Shown in pieces: positions 63,625 to 64,000 of a DNA stretch of 64,000 nt (position 1 is the first letter of the stretch; every line of letters starts with the position of its first letter). The stretch is from Lama guanicoe (lineage: Eukaryota): assembly GCA_013239625.1 (NCBI GenBank), contig MU054187.1, positions 15,640,941 to 15,704,940 on the forward strand, in the 5' to 3' direction. A model generated the notes under the pieces. That model did not search any database. It saw only the letters and a program-made list of their open reading frames with translations, and was not told the DNA's origin. Position numbers and translations under genes: made by a program.

Positions 63625-63765
63625 GTTATGAGAACAGACTTTGACATTAGATAGCCCTATATTTTTGTTTGTTTTTGTTACTTACTGTGTCTTGGGAAAT
63701 TACTCTCTGTAAAATAAAGATAAAAATGGTGGCCGCCTATAGAGCTATTGTAAGCATTAAATAAG
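63625..63765 (+). mobile_element. MIR
   Basis: GGTTATGAGAACAGACTTTG...CTGTAAAATAAAGATAA...TTGTAAGCATTAAATAAGA. Confidence 0.6.
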
Positions 63766-64000
63766 AAAAAGCATGTAACGTATTCTAGAGTCTGACAAAG
63801 AGTAATAAATGACATATATCGTTTTTATTATTAATAGTAAGAGTAGCTCAAGGAATTTGAATGTACAAAGCTTTTGGCTTCCAGTGACAGAAGTTGTGAA
63901 GATGCTCTTACAGTGGCTGTGATCTAACTGAAAGCTTCCGGTCCATGTTGCCACGATAAACTGAGGTGTGACAATCATTGTTGTCTGTGTTGTGAGTAAT

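Noticed and set aside
1..64000. Naming the host gene
   Set aside because: No coding exon is recognisable to me, so any symbol would be a guess; an alignment of 4099-4173 and 52200-52331 is needed.

Overview
AT-rich mammalian genomic DNA, most likely camelid (alpaca/camel), because it carries tRNA-Ala(AGC)-headed Vic-1-type SINEs and no recognisable Alu, B1, Bov-tA/BovB or PRE-1 elements. I recognise no host protein-coding exon. Much of the window is transposon-derived: a young 5'-truncated L1 (12.3-14.6 kb, minus strand) giving the only long real ORF (525 aa ORF2 fragment), old L1M, L2 and MIR fragments, five MaLR (MLT1) solo LTRs, an ERV1-type solo LTR, hAT/Tigger MITEs and a decayed Charlie-family transposase fossil. 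All six clear LTRs and the young L1 lie on the minus strand, and several plus-strand splice-signal-bounded segments and promoter-like patches sit in unique sequence (about 4.1, 28.3, 33.6, 52.2 and 54.1 kb). This suggests, by inference, large 5' introns of a plus-strand gene with alternative first exons; I cannot name the gene. I found no convincing novel biological system, CRISPR array or structural RNA gene. The most notable observations are unusual retrotransposition scars and the candidate multi-promoter architecture. Repeat family names come from remembered consensus motifs, not a database search, and old-repeat boundaries are approximate.
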